Below are positions 54,644 to 64,000 of a DNA stretch of 64,000 bases, in pieces. Numbering within the stretch: position 1 is the stretch's first letter; each line of letters opens with the position of its first letter. Origin of the DNA: Candidatus Binatia bacterium (lineage in GTDB: Bacteria; Desulfobacterota; Binatia; Bin18); contig OY761159.2 in NCBI GenBank assembly GCA_963664395.2, forward strand, positions 3,936,001 through 4,000,000, given 5' to 3'. A program made the translations under genes and the position numbers. The notes beneath the pieces were generated by a model. The model saw only the letters and a list, made by a program, of their open reading frames with translations. It was not told the DNA's origin and ran no database searches.

Positions 54644-54735
54644 ACGTGGCTGGATCATAGGAAGCAAATGGACACTTTGCAAGTGCGCAAAATGTAAGCG
54701 GGCCGCGTGCAATAAGCGTCTGTGTATGTGTAAGG

Positions 54736-54757
54736 GGGGCGATTCGAGAATCGCCCC
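54736..54757. repeat. REP-like hairpin after acnA
   Basis: GGGGCGATTC-GA-GAATCGCCCC flanked by GTA/GTAG. Confidence 0.6.
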
Positions 54758-54763
54758 GTAGCC

Positions 54764-57481
54764 TTATGCAACCAACTGCCGCAACACGTACGGCAAAATG
54801 CCACCATGCCGGTAGTATTCGACCTCAATGGGAGTATCAATGCGAACGGTGACCTGCACGTCTTCTGACTGTCCAGTGGCACGGTGGACGACTAAGGTCA
54901 CGTCCTGGCGAGGTTTGAGGTCAGCGTTGAGTCCCTGGAGATCAAAGGTCTCAGTGCCGTCAAGACCCAGCGACTGAACGCTCGTGCCCTCTTTGAACTG
55001 ACAGGGCACCACACCCATAAATACCAAGTTGCTGCGGTGAATACGCTCAAAGCTTTGGGCTACGACTGCTTTCACCCCAAGCAGTCGCGTCCCTTTGGCG
55101 GCCCAGTCACGGGAACTTCCAGTGCCGTACTCCTGCCCGGCTACCACTACTAATGGGGTGCCCTCGGCCTGATACCTCATGGCGGCATCGTAGATAGCCA
55201 TTTGTTTGCCACCATTCCCGTTGGCCGCATGATACTGCGTCACGCCGCCCTCAACTCCAGGCACCATCAAGTTCTTGATCCGCACGTTGGCAAACGTGCC
55301 ACGGGTCATGATGCGATCGTTGCCGCGCCGTGAGCCATAACTGTTGAAGTCTTTCACCTCAACACCCTGCTCTTGGAGATATCGTCCGGCTGGCGCATCC
55401 GGCTTAATCGCTCCCGCGGGACTGATGTGGTCGGTGGTGACGGAATCGCCAAGCACAGCAAGCGGACGTGCGCCGATAATGTCCTGGATCGTCCCTGCCT
55501 GGAGGCCAAAGGAATCAAAGAAGGGCGGTTCCTGAATATAGGTCGATTCTGCGTTCCACTCGTATATTGCACCGGTTGAACTTGGAATGTCATTCCAGAG
55601 CGGATTTTGCTCTTCAAAGTCGGTGTACAACCTGCGGTACGTATCCGGGTCCATGGCGGACGCCATGAGGTCTTGAATTTCATGCCCGCTCGGCCACAGG
55701 TCGCGTAAATAGACGTCAGCCCCGTCTCTGTCTTGGCCCAGAGGCTGGCTGGCCAGATCAATATCAACTCGACCCGCCAGGGCAAACATCACAACGAGCG
55801 GTGGGCTCATCAGAAAATTGGCCCGAATGTTCTGATGGACTCGCGCCTCGAAGTTGCGATTACCGCTCAATACACTGGCGACCACAAGATTATGCTGTAG
55901 CACTGTCTGTTCTATAGCCGGGTTGAGGGGCCCGGAGTTCCCGATACAGGTTGTACAACCATAGCCGACCGTCTGAAAACCGACCTGGTTGAGATACTGT
56001 TGCAAGCCGGTTTTCTCCAGATAGTCGGTCACGACACGCGAGCCGGGCCCAAGAGAAGTCTTGACCGTTGGTTTAACCGTCATACCGCGCTCGACGGCCT
56101 TCTTGGCCACTAACCCCGCTGCCAACATCACACTGGGGTTTGAGGTGTTGGTACAAGAAGTAATGGCGGCAATGAGCACATCGCCATGTCCAATATCGCC
56201 GAAATGTGAGGCAGCGCCATTTGGCACGGCATGGCGCTGGTCGAGCGTGGACTGGTCGGCATTAAAACCACCGTCGTTGAGCGGCGTTGTTAAGAGCTTC
56301 TGAAATGTCTCCTTAATATCCGGGAGATTGATCCGGTCCTGTGGGCGGCGTGGACCGGCCAGACCGGGCTGAATGTCGGCCAAGTCGAGTGCGAGCACCT
56401 GGCTGTAGTCTACCTCGCCCTGGCGCGGGATGCCAAACATCTGCTGGGCCTGGAAATAGCTCCGGAACGCATCAACCTGCTCCTCAGTTCGACCGGTCGC
56501 GGTCAGGTATGTACACGTTTCCTCATCAATGGGAAAAAAGCCCATAGTCGCGCCATACTCCGGCGCCATATTGGCAATCGTGGCTCTATCCGTAAGGGGC
56601 AGGGAAGTCACGCCTTCACCAAAATATTCTACGAATTTTCCTACCACCTTGGCCGCGCGCAGCATCTCGGTACAGTGCAGCACGAGGTCAGTCGCGGTGA
56701 CGCCCTCACGCAGGCTACCGGTCATATGCACGCCAACGACGTCTGGAGTGAGAAAGTAAACCGGCTGACCTAACATGCCGGCCTCTGCCTCAATCCCTCC
56801 AACACCCCAGGCAACAACCCCAAGGCCATTAATCATGGTGGTATGCGAGTCTGTTCCTACGAGGGTATCCGGATAGTAGACGCCCTCTCCATTGAGGACG
56901 CCTTTGGCCAGGTATTCCAGATTGACCTGGTGGACGATGCCGATACCCGGCGGCACGACCTGAAAACTGTCGAACGCCTGCATGCCCCATTTCAGGAATT
57001 CATACCGGGGCTGGTTGCGCTCGAATTCGATCTCCATATTTAGTTGTAAAGCATTCCCCACCCCCGAGTAATCGACCTGAATGGAGTGATCGACCACCAG
57101 GTCAACGGGCACGAGAGGCTCGATCAGTTTGGGATCTTTGCCCAGATTGGCCACGGCTGAGCGCATGGCGGCCAAGTCGACGAGCAGGGGAACGCCGGTA
57201 AAGTCCTGCAAGATAATCCGTGCCACCACAAAGGGAATTTCCGCCGTGCGTGTCTCTGTCGGCCCCCAGGTAGCGAGTGTACGGACGTCATCTTCGGTAA
57301 TCTTTTGGCCATCATAGTTGCGCAAGACAGACTCAAGCACGATTCGGATACTGACCGGAAGCCGAGAAATCGGCCCGACGCCGGCCTGCTCGAGTTGGGG
57401 CAGGGCGTAAAACTGGCCGGTTTTTCCCGCCGCGGTTGTAAAGGTTTGCAAAGAATTAAAAAGGTTGTGCGCCATATACAA
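54764..57481 (-). CDS. acnA: Aconitate hydratase A
   Basis: [41 protein letters not shown] and [10 protein letters not shown] motifs. Confidence 0.97.
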   Translation of the reverse strand: MYMAHNLFNSLQTFTTAAGKTGQFYALPQLEQAGVGPISRLPVSIRIVLESVLRNYDGQKITEDDVRTLATWGPTETRTAEIPFVVARIILQDFTGVPLLVDLAAMRSAVANLGKDPKLIEPLVPVDLVVDHSIQVDYSGVGNALQLNMEIEFERNQPRYEFLKWGMQAFDSFQVVPPGIGIVHQVNLEYLAKGVLNGEGVYYPDTLVGTDSHTTMINGLGVVAWGVGGIEAEAGMLGQPVYFLTPDVVGVHMTGSLREGVTATDLVLHCTEMLRAAKVVGKFVEYFGEGVTSLPLTDRATIANMAPEYGATMGFFPIDEETCTYLTATGRTEEQVDAFRSYFQAQQMFGIPRQGEVDYSQVLALDLADIQPGLAGPRRPQDRINLPDIKETFQKLLTTPLNDGGFNADQSTLDQRHAVPNGAASHFGDIGHGDVLIAAITSCTNTSNPSVMLAAGLVAKKAVERGMTVKPTVKTSLGPGSRVVTDYLEKTGLQQYLNQVGFQTVGYGCTTCIGNSGPLNPAIEQTVLQHNLVVASVLSGNRNFEARVHQNIRANFLMSPPLVVMFALAGRVDIDLASQPLGQDRDGADVYLRDLWPSGHEIQDLMASAMDPDTYRRLYTDFEEQNPLWNDIPSSTGAIYEWNAESTYIQEPPFFDSFGLQAGTIQDIIGARPLAVLGDSVTTDHISPAGAIKPDAPAGRYLQEQGVEVKDFNSYGSRRGNDRIMTRGTFANVRIKNLMVPGVEGGVTQYHAANGNGGKQMAIYDAAMRYQAEGTPLVVVAGQEYGTGSSRDWAAKGTRLLGVKAVVAQSFERIHRSNLVFMGVVPCQFKEGTSVQSLGLDGTETFDLQGLNADLKPRQDVTLVVHRATGQSEDVQVTVRIDTPIEVEYYRHGGILPYVLRQLVA

Positions 57482-57667
57482 ATCCCTCCACGTCTTTGTC
57501 GCTTAGTGCAAAATGATAACGCTGTGCTTGGCTAAGCGGATATATTCTCTCGTCAATCAAGGCAAGGGAGCGGCGCCGGACAGGAAGGCTCAACCGGGGT
57601 GTTTTTTCGGCATCTTGTGCTGTGGCCAGCTCAGCGCGTATATATCTGGTGTGGGAGAGGAAAGCCA

Positions 57668-59575
57668 ATGCAATGGATTCGGAACAAGAGACTGAGTAGG
57701 CTCGTAGGCAGGGTAGGGACTACAACCTGTATCCTGCTCGTCCTTATTACGCCCACCCTTTTTGCCGAAGAGGTTCGTCCACCGAAGAATCTCCGGGCTG
57801 GACCACCGGCATGGACGGGCGACCTCACGCCCATCACTGCCCAGGAATGGAGCCGGGACCGGGCCGCCCATCTTTTGGAGCGGGCCGGCTTTGGCGGACC
57901 ACCCCAAGAAGTTGACCAAGTGGCGGCGCTGACGCCAGCCGCCGCCGTCCGCCACCTCGTTTCCTATCAAGACATAGACAATAGCCATCTAGCGGCGTTT
58001 GACGAGTCGGGCGTGTTCGATCCGACGCTTGATCCTTTTCCTAAAAGCCGCGCGGATGCGGTGCGTATTGCCCGCGCCAACGGCGAGTCCATGGGAGTGA
58101 AGGTTAAACTCGGTGGCAGTCGCCCGCTCCAGCCCGTTGTCGATCGTTTTTTCTATTGGCTGCGGGCCGACGCGCTGGAAATGCGGCGGGCCGGACAGTG
58201 GTGGGCCCACCGCATGCTGGTGACGAAGCGCCCGCTCCAGGAAAAGCTCGCCCTGTTCTGGCACGGCCATTTTGCGACATCAGACACCAAGGTCCGGGAC
58301 TATCGCAAGCTACTCAAACAACTCGAATTATTCTGGCAACACGGCAATGGGAATTTTCGTGATCTCCTCATCGGGGTAGCCCAGGACCCGGCCATGCTCG
58401 TTTATTTAGACGCCGGTGAGAATATCAAGGGCCATCCCAACGAGAACTTCGGTAGAGAAATCCTCGAACTCTTTACCCTGGGTGTTGGTCATTACACTGA
58501 GACGGACATTCGTGCAGCCTCGCGGGCGTTTACCGGCTGGACCCATATTGGTTTGGACTTTGTCGTCAAACCTGAGCTGCACGACGAAGGGGAGAAGACT
58601 TTTCTTGGACGCACCGGGAAGTATGACGGCGTCAATATTATTGATGTTATCCTGGAACAGGATGTATCTGCCCAGTTTATTGCGGCAAAGTTATATCGCT
58701 ATTTTGTTCGGCAAAATCCCTCGCCCGAGCTTGTGGCTCAACTTGGAGCGGTCTTTCGAGAGAACCAATACGAAATCGCGCCACTGTTGACGACGATTTT
58801 TCTGTCGCGGGACTTCTACAGTCCGCCAGCCTACGGCACTCAGATCAAAAGCCCGGTGCATCTGGTGGTTTCGACCTATCGCAAGCTCGGGCTGACCGAC
58901 ATTCCAGGGGTGCCTGATTTCAACACTACGACCCGCGACCTTGGCCAAGAACTATTTCATCCGCCTAATGTTGCTGGCTGGGAAGGGGGACGGAGTTGGG
59001 TTACTCCTGCTTTGCTGCTTGAACGCGGGAACTTCGCCCGCGCGGTCTTCTTTCCCGATATGGCCAATTTTCAGCCGCCGGACCGGTGGATGCCGGTGAC
59101 GAATCAAAAGGTGGCGGCCAAGATTGATCAAGGCTATGAAATTACGGCGGCAACTATTGAGGCCTCTGATAATGCCATGTCCAGCAACGCCATGGACCAG
59201 TCAGGTTCCGAGTCCATGTCAATGTTTAATATGATGGCGGGGGCGGACGAAGACTATAACACCCGGTACGGCAGTACCCACGGCTGGCAGGAAGCTTTTC
59301 GTCGGGTGAAACCCATCCCCCGCTACGCCGCACAGCTCACCCTGACCAGTGTCGTCACCCAAGCCGGGCTCACAACAACGTCTGAGGTCGTTGATTATTT
59401 TCTTGGCCGTCTGCTGCGAGCTCCCCTTGCGGAAGAGGACCGTCAAGCGCTTATTGATTTTCTCACCCAAGAGTTAGGAACGGATAAGATCAAACTGACG
59501 CTGACCTATTTGGAAGAGCCCGTCCGGCATCTGGTCCATCTTATTATGAGTGCGCCGGAATATCAGTTGGGCTAA
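57668..59575 (+). CDS. DUF1800 family protein (exported)
   Basis: AAHLLERAGFG, FWHGHFATS, PNENFGREILELFTLG, PPNVAGW and PEYQL motifs. Confidence 0.9.
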   Translation: MQWIRNKRLSRLVGRVGTTTCILLVLITPTLFAEEVRPPKNLRAGPPAWTGDLTPITAQEWSRDRAAHLLERAGFGGPPQEVDQVAALTPAAAVRHLVSYQDIDNSHLAAFDESGVFDPTLDPFPKSRADAVRIARANGESMGVKVKLGGSRPLQPVVDRFFYWLRADALEMRRAGQWWAHRMLVTKRPLQEKLALFWHGHFATSDTKVRDYRKLLKQLELFWQHGNGNFRDLLIGVAQDPAMLVYLDAGENIKGHPNENFGREILELFTLGVGHYTETDIRAASRAFTGWTHIGLDFVVKPELHDEGEKTFLGRTGKYDGVNIIDVILEQDVSAQFIAAKLYRYFVRQNPSPELVAQLGAVFRENQYEIAPLLTTIFLSRDFYSPPAYGTQIKSPVHLVVSTYRKLGLTDIPGVPDFNTTTRDLGQELFHPPNVAGWEGGRSWVTPALLLERGNFARAVFFPDMANFQPPDRWMPVTNQKVAAKIDQGYEITAATIEASDNAMSSNAMDQSGSESMSMFNMMAGADEDYNTRYGSTHGWQEAFRRVKPIPRYAAQLTLTSVVTQAGLTTTSEVVDYFLGRLLRAPLAEEDRQALIDFLTQELGTDKIKLTLTYLEEPVRHLVHLIMSAPEYQLG

Positions 59576-59588
59576 TAAGGAAGGGCGT

Positions 59589-60881
59589 ATGGCCAACAAA
59601 AAGTCATGGATAAAGACATCTTTACTGAATCGGCCACTATCGCGGCGTGATGCGCTCCGAGCGGGCGTGTACGGCCTCGGCGTTGGGGCGGGCCTTCTCA
59701 GTACTCCTTTGGTGCCCTTTGGACTGTCCTCAGCACTGGCAAAGCAAACGGATGCTGCGATGTCACCCCATGTGCATCCAGAGCGTATTCTTGTCGTGGT
59801 AGAACTCTCAGGTGGTAATGATGGTGTGAATACGATCATTCCCTATGGCGATGATGCCTATTACCAACAGCGCCCGACCATTGGTATTCCGGAGCACGAC
59901 GTACGTAAGATCGACGCTCACTTTGGCTTTCATCCGGCCATGGCCGGCTTTGAGCATTTGTATAAAGACGGCAAGTTGGCTGTCGTACACGCCTGCGGGT
60001 ATGAAAACCCGACCCTGTCGCACTTTGCTTCCATGGGCTTTTGGCATACGGGCAGTCCTCATGCGGGAGAAAAGCTCGGCTGGTTAGGCCGCTTGGCCGA
60101 TACGCTCGACCCCGAAGTACAGCGCAACTATTTGGTCAATGTTGCCAGCGCACAATCACTCGCTGTTCGGAGTCGTACTCACTCGCCCTTGGTCTTCTAT
60201 GATCCCGAAGGGTTTAAACGGAATGGCGTTCACCAGCAACAACCGCTCTTCCCCCGTCTGAGTGACAGGCGGGAAACACACAATGATTCCTTGAACTTCC
60301 TGACCGGCTTGGCTGAAAACGCAACAGAAAGCGCGGCCTTTGTCCGTCAGGCGTGGGCGGACTATCAGACCCCGATCGACTATGGCGTGCGGGCTGCGGG
60401 TCTCGGGCTTGATTTGCGCAAAGTCGCGGCGCTGATCAAAGCCAAGATGCCAACCCGACTGTACTATGTCAGTTATGCGGGTAATGTCTTCGATACGCAT
60501 GTGCATCAAAACGATCTCCACTTCCGCCTCCTGACCTACACCACCGACGCGTTGCGTGGATTTATGGAAGACCTCAACCACATCGGTCGTGCCGGTGACG
60601 TCGCTATCATGGTCTTTACTGAATTTGGCCGGCGTGTACCCGAGAACGCCAGTAAAGGCACCGACCACGGCACGGCAACTCCAGTGTACGTCATCGGTGA
60701 AAAAGTCAAAGGTGGCTTATACAGCACCCCACCAAGTCTGACTGATCTGGACGATGGAAACCTGCGCTATACGACCGACTTCCGTCGGGTCTACGCCACG
60801 CTGATTAAGGAATGGCTGGGCTACGATGACACGCAGTCGTTGCTGCGAGAAGAGTTCGAGACTTTGGGAATGTTTGTGTGA
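59589..60881 (+). CDS. DUF1501 family protein with Tat signal
   Basis: SRRDAL, LSGGNDG, FDTH, TEFGRR, GTDHG and DFRRVYAT motifs. Confidence 0.9.
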   Translation: MANKKSWIKTSLLNRPLSRRDALRAGVYGLGVGAGLLSTPLVPFGLSSALAKQTDAAMSPHVHPERILVVVELSGGNDGVNTIIPYGDDAYYQQRPTIGIPEHDVRKIDAHFGFHPAMAGFEHLYKDGKLAVVHACGYENPTLSHFASMGFWHTGSPHAGEKLGWLGRLADTLDPEVQRNYLVNVASAQSLAVRSRTHSPLVFYDPEGFKRNGVHQQQPLFPRLSDRRETHNDSLNFLTGLAENATESAAFVRQAWADYQTPIDYGVRAAGLGLDLRKVAALIKAKMPTRLYYVSYAGNVFDTHVHQNDLHFRLLTYTTDALRGFMEDLNHIGRAGDVAIMVFTEFGRRVPENASKGTDHGTATPVYVIGEKVKGGLYSTPPSLTDLDDGNLRYTTDFRRVYATLIKEWLGYDDTQSLLREEFETLGMFV

Positions 60882-60887
60882 GGAAAG

Positions 60888-60962
<75 letters not shown>

Positions 60963-60984
60963 ACAGTGGATTGTGAAAGAAGAA

Positions 60985-61057
60985 TGAGCCGACCGGGGCT
61001 CGAACCCGGGACCCTCTGCTTAAAAGGCAGATGCTCTACCAACTGAGCTATCGGCTC
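60985..61057 (-). tRNA. tRNA-Lys(TTT)
   Basis: GAGCCGA...TCGGCTCA; anticodon loop CTTTTAA. Confidence 0.95.
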
Positions 61058-61165
61058 AGCCCGACGCACCTTAGCTGATGCAGTACAAGAACTCAAACCC
61101 CCTGCGTCGTTTGGGAAATTCGTACGGATAACAGGAGTCGAGCGCCTGCTCTGCCCCACACGGCG

Positions 61166-61193
61166 TTGACTTGTAGGCTGCCCGTGGTAGCGT
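61166..61193 (+). promoter_or_regulatory. Sigma70-type promoter, leaderless arrangement for gltX
   Basis: TTGACT-16 nt-(TGG)TAGCGT-6 nt-ATG; no SD sequence. Confidence 0.55.
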
Positions 61194-61199
61194 TCGGGC

Positions 61200-62615
61200 A
61201 TGCCGTCTGTTCGTTCACGTTTTGCCCCGAGTCCGACCGGCGCCTTGCATATCGGCGGTGCCCGGACCGCCTTGTTTGCCCTCCTGGCTGCGCGCCAACA
61301 GGCCGGAACCTTTGTGTTGCGTATTGATGACACGGATGTGCAGCGATCGACCCAAGAATTCCACGACGATATTCTGGATTCGATGCAGTGGATTGGTCTG
61401 GCTTGGGATGAGGGGCCGTATTACCAAAGCCAACGCTCTGTGCAGTACCGGGAAATGGGAGAGCGGTTCCTCAGCCAAGGGAAGGCCTACCGCTGCTTTT
61501 GTACTCCTGAGGAGCTGGATGCAAAACGGAAAGCCGCACTCGCCGAAGGGCGAAGCCCGGCCTACGACGGGACCTGTCGGGACTCTCGGCCCGAGCCGGG
61601 CGAGTCTCGTCCCTACACCGTGCGTTTCCGAAGTCCCAAAGAAGGCGAAACGGTTGTTGACGATCTACTGAAGGGACGGGTGGTCTTTCAGAATCAGGAG
61701 CTGGATGATCTGATTCTTGTGCGTTCCGACGGCTCCCCAACGTATAATTTCTGCTCGGTTTTCGATGATGCCGATCTTCATATCTCCCATATTATTCGAG
61801 GCGATGATCATCTGACGAATACGCCGCGTCAGGTCCTGATCTTTCAGGCGATGGACGCTCCGCTCCCACATTTCGCTCACCTGCCGCTAATTTTAGGCAG
61901 CGATCGGGCACCGCTCAGTAAGCGTCATGGAGCGACCGCCGTACGCGCGTATCGAGAAGCGGGTTATTTACCGGATGCGCTGATTAATTTTCTTGCACGT
62001 CTAGGATGGGCGCATGGAGATGACGAAGTCTTTTCGTGGCAAGAGCTTGAGGAAAAATTCAAGCTCGAAGATGTAGGTACATCGGCCGGTGTCTTTAACG
62101 CGGAAAAGCTAGCATGGCTGAATGCGCACTACCTCAACGCGCGGGCTGCCGAGCAACTGACGCAAGAAGTGAAGCCCTTTCTCCCGGAGACGGAACGGCC
62201 GCTGCCTGATGACGACTGGCTGGCCCGTATGGTGACCACGCTTCAACCACGGGCGAAAACGCTGGTAGAGTTGGGCGCGCAGTCCCATTTCTACCTGACT
62301 GACAACATTACATTGGAAGAGAAGGCGGCGAAGAAGTTTCTGAAAGCTACCACTCTTCCGCTGCTGGCGCGTTTGTGTACCCAACTGCATGACGTGACAG
62401 TATGGGATGAACCGACACTCCATGGGGTATTCACCGCATTCATGGAAACCGAGCAGGTCAAATTAGGTAAAATTGCCCAACCGGTCCGGGTCGCGCTCAC
62501 CGGCAAGACGGCGAGCCCTGGGATTTTTGAAGTCATGGAGGTGTTGGGAAAGGAACGCTGTCTTGCCCGGATTGACCGCGTCTTAGCGGAGCAGCCGGTC
62601 GCAGCTGAATCTTGA
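61200..62615 (+). CDS. gltX: Glutamate--tRNA ligase
   Basis: RFAPSPTGALHIGG, LRIDDTD, IIRGDDH and LSKRHGA motifs plus an anticodon-binding domain. Confidence 0.97.
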   Translation: MPSVRSRFAPSPTGALHIGGARTALFALLAARQQAGTFVLRIDDTDVQRSTQEFHDDILDSMQWIGLAWDEGPYYQSQRSVQYREMGERFLSQGKAYRCFCTPEELDAKRKAALAEGRSPAYDGTCRDSRPEPGESRPYTVRFRSPKEGETVVDDLLKGRVVFQNQELDDLILVRSDGSPTYNFCSVFDDADLHISHIIRGDDHLTNTPRQVLIFQAMDAPLPHFAHLPLILGSDRAPLSKRHGATAVRAYREAGYLPDALINFLARLGWAHGDDEVFSWQELEEKFKLEDVGTSAGVFNAEKLAWLNAHYLNARAAEQLTQEVKPFLPETERPLPDDDWLARMVTTLQPRAKTLVELGAQSHFYLTDNITLEEKAAKKFLKATTLPLLARLCTQLHDVTVWDEPTLHGVFTAFMETEQVKLGKIAQPVRVALTGKTASPGIFEVMEVLGKERCLARIDRVLAEQPVAAES

Positions 62616-62640
62616 CTTCCTCTGGTTGCTTATCTATTTT
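62612..62640 (+). promoter_or_regulatory. Sigma70 promoter for tRNA-Gln/tRNA-Glu
   Basis: TTGACT-17 nt-TATTTT, 9 nt before tRNA-Gln. Confidence 0.65.
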
Positions 62641-62649
62641 GAACAACAC

Positions 62650-62722
62650 TGAGGTGTGGGCTAATTGGTAAGCCACCTGACTCTGGATCAGGCGATTGTA
62701 GGTTCGAGTCCTACCACCTCAG
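62650..62722 (+). tRNA. tRNA-Gln(CTG)
   Basis: TGAGGTG...CACCTCAG; anticodon loop CTCTGGA. Confidence 0.93.
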
Positions 62723-62732
62723 CTCTCAGTGC

Positions 62733-62807
<75 letters not shown>

Positions 62808-62874
62808 TCCTCAGAGGAAGCGGTGGTAAGTAACTGTCAACGCAACTCGTCGGACTCATACTAAGGAGCTCTCT

Positions 62875-64000
62875 ATGGCACCAGAACAAAATGTCTTTGA
62901 GCGGATGATCAAGGCAGACCGTGAAAATCAAGAGAGCAAACACTGGAGCGGGACCTTCATCGAGTATTTGGAAAAGATCCGAAAAGACTCCTCGCTGGTG
63001 AAGCACGCCCATGCCCGGACCTATGATATGATCATGCGCGAAGGGGTCTCTCAGATCAACGAGACGGATGATCCACGCATCGGACGGCTGTTCAAAGACG
63101 AATCCCTCAAAGTGTATAATTTCTTCAAGGACGAATTCTTCGGCATTGAAGAAGCCCTGGCCCAGATCGCGCGCTACTTCCAGTCCGCAGCCATGCGCGG
63201 CGAAGAGAGTCGCCAAGTGCTGTATCTCATGGGGCCGGTTGGGGCCGGAAAGAGTTCGCTGGTTGAAAAGCTACAGCGTGGACTTGAAGGGCTTGATCCG
63301 ATCTACGCGATTGCGGGCTCACCCATGCAGGAAGAGCCGCTCTTGCTCATCCCTCGCCATTTGCGGAAAGAATTCGAGAAAATGCTCGATGTGCGGATTG
63401 AGGGCGACCTCTGTCCGGTCACGCGCTGGCGCTTGCGTGAGGAATTCAAAAACCACTATGAAGAGATGCCGATCACCACGGTTGGATTCTCAAAACGCAA
63501 TCGGCGCGGGATTGGCGTTGTGCCGCCGGTTGATCCGAATAATCAGGACACTTCAGTCCTGGTCGGCTCTGAAGATATCTCAAAACTGGACCGCTACTCA
63601 GAAGGCGACCCGCGTGTGCTCGAACTGAACGGGGCGTTCAACGTCGGCAACCGCGGCATGGTCGAGTTCATTGAGGTCTTTAAGAACGAGACCGAATATC
63701 TGCACGCGATGATTACGGCTACGCAGGAGAAATTCGTGCCGGCGCCGGGTCGGCATGGAACGGTATTTGTTGACACGGTCATTGTTGCCCACTCGAACGA
63801 AGCCGAATGGCAGAAGTTCAAGGCCGATCATACCAACGAGGCGATTCTCGACCGTATCGTCGTGGTCAAGGTGCCGTATAATTTGCGTCAGTCGGAAGAG
63901 GTCAAAATCTACCAGAAGATGCTACACACTTCCGACTTCCGAGCCAGCGTGGCGCCGCATACGCTCGAAATAGCGGCGATGTTCGCCATCCTGTCACGTT
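62875..64000 (+). CDS. prkA: PrkA/YeaG-family serine protein kinase (AAA+), runs off the window
   Basis: Not in the ORF track. AAGGAG RBS and ATG at 62875 give ...WSGTFIEYL...FFGIEE...YLMGPVGAGKSS...PMQEEPL...GAFNVGNRGMVEFIEVFK. Confidence 0.93.
   Translation, partial: MAPEQNVFERMIKADRENQESKHWSGTFIEYLEKIRKDSSLVKHAHARTYDMIMREGVSQINETDDPRIGRLFKDESLKVYNFFKDEFFGIEEALAQIARYFQSAAMRGEESRQVLYLMGPVGAGKSSLVEKLQRGLEGLDPIYAIAGSPMQEEPLLLIPRHLRKEFEKMLDVRIEGDLCPVTRWRLREEFKNHYEEMPITTVGFSKRNRRGIGVVPPVDPNNQDTSVLVGSEDISKLDRYSEGDPRVLELNGAFNVGNRGMVEFIEVFKNETEYLHAMITATQEKFVPAPGRHGTVFVDTVIVAHSNEAEWQKFKADHTNEAILDRIVVVKVPYNLRQSEEVKIYQKMLHTSDFRASVAPHTLEIAAMFAILSR

Noticed and set aside
63068-63628. 186-aa plus-strand ORF
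   Set aside because: It is an off-frame shadow of prkA, which starts at 62875.

Overview
A 64-kb stretch of core chromosome from a GC-rich Gram-negative (LPS-making) bacterium. The gene content suggests a Desulfobacterota/Binatia-like lineage, which is inference only. From left to right it holds: a lipid A operon (gnnA-like, lpxB, msbA, lpxJ-like, waaA); lexA-hemW; metabolic genes; a DUF2760 + twin-Hsp70 cluster; a surE-iscS-mnmA-mtaB-rnc-pyrD run; a DsbA-family selenoprotein (UxxC plus SECIS-like hairpin) that the ORF track truncates; a ~17-kb minus-strand envelope locus; acnA; DUF1800-DUF1501; gltX flanked by four tRNAs; and the start of prkA. The envelope locus has a DUF1302 barrel, DUF1329, a YCF48-like lipoprotein, two paralogous RND/MMPL transporters, a GldAFG/DUF4340 ABC system, DsbA and a decayed second DUF1329. 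I saw no CRISPR array, integrase, transposase or prophage. The best candidates for undescribed systems are (1) a membrane-anchored GrpE-like DUF2760 serving two non-canonical Hsp70s and (2) the trans-envelope hydrophobic-substrate transport locus. All family assignments come from motif recognition by eye, with no database search.
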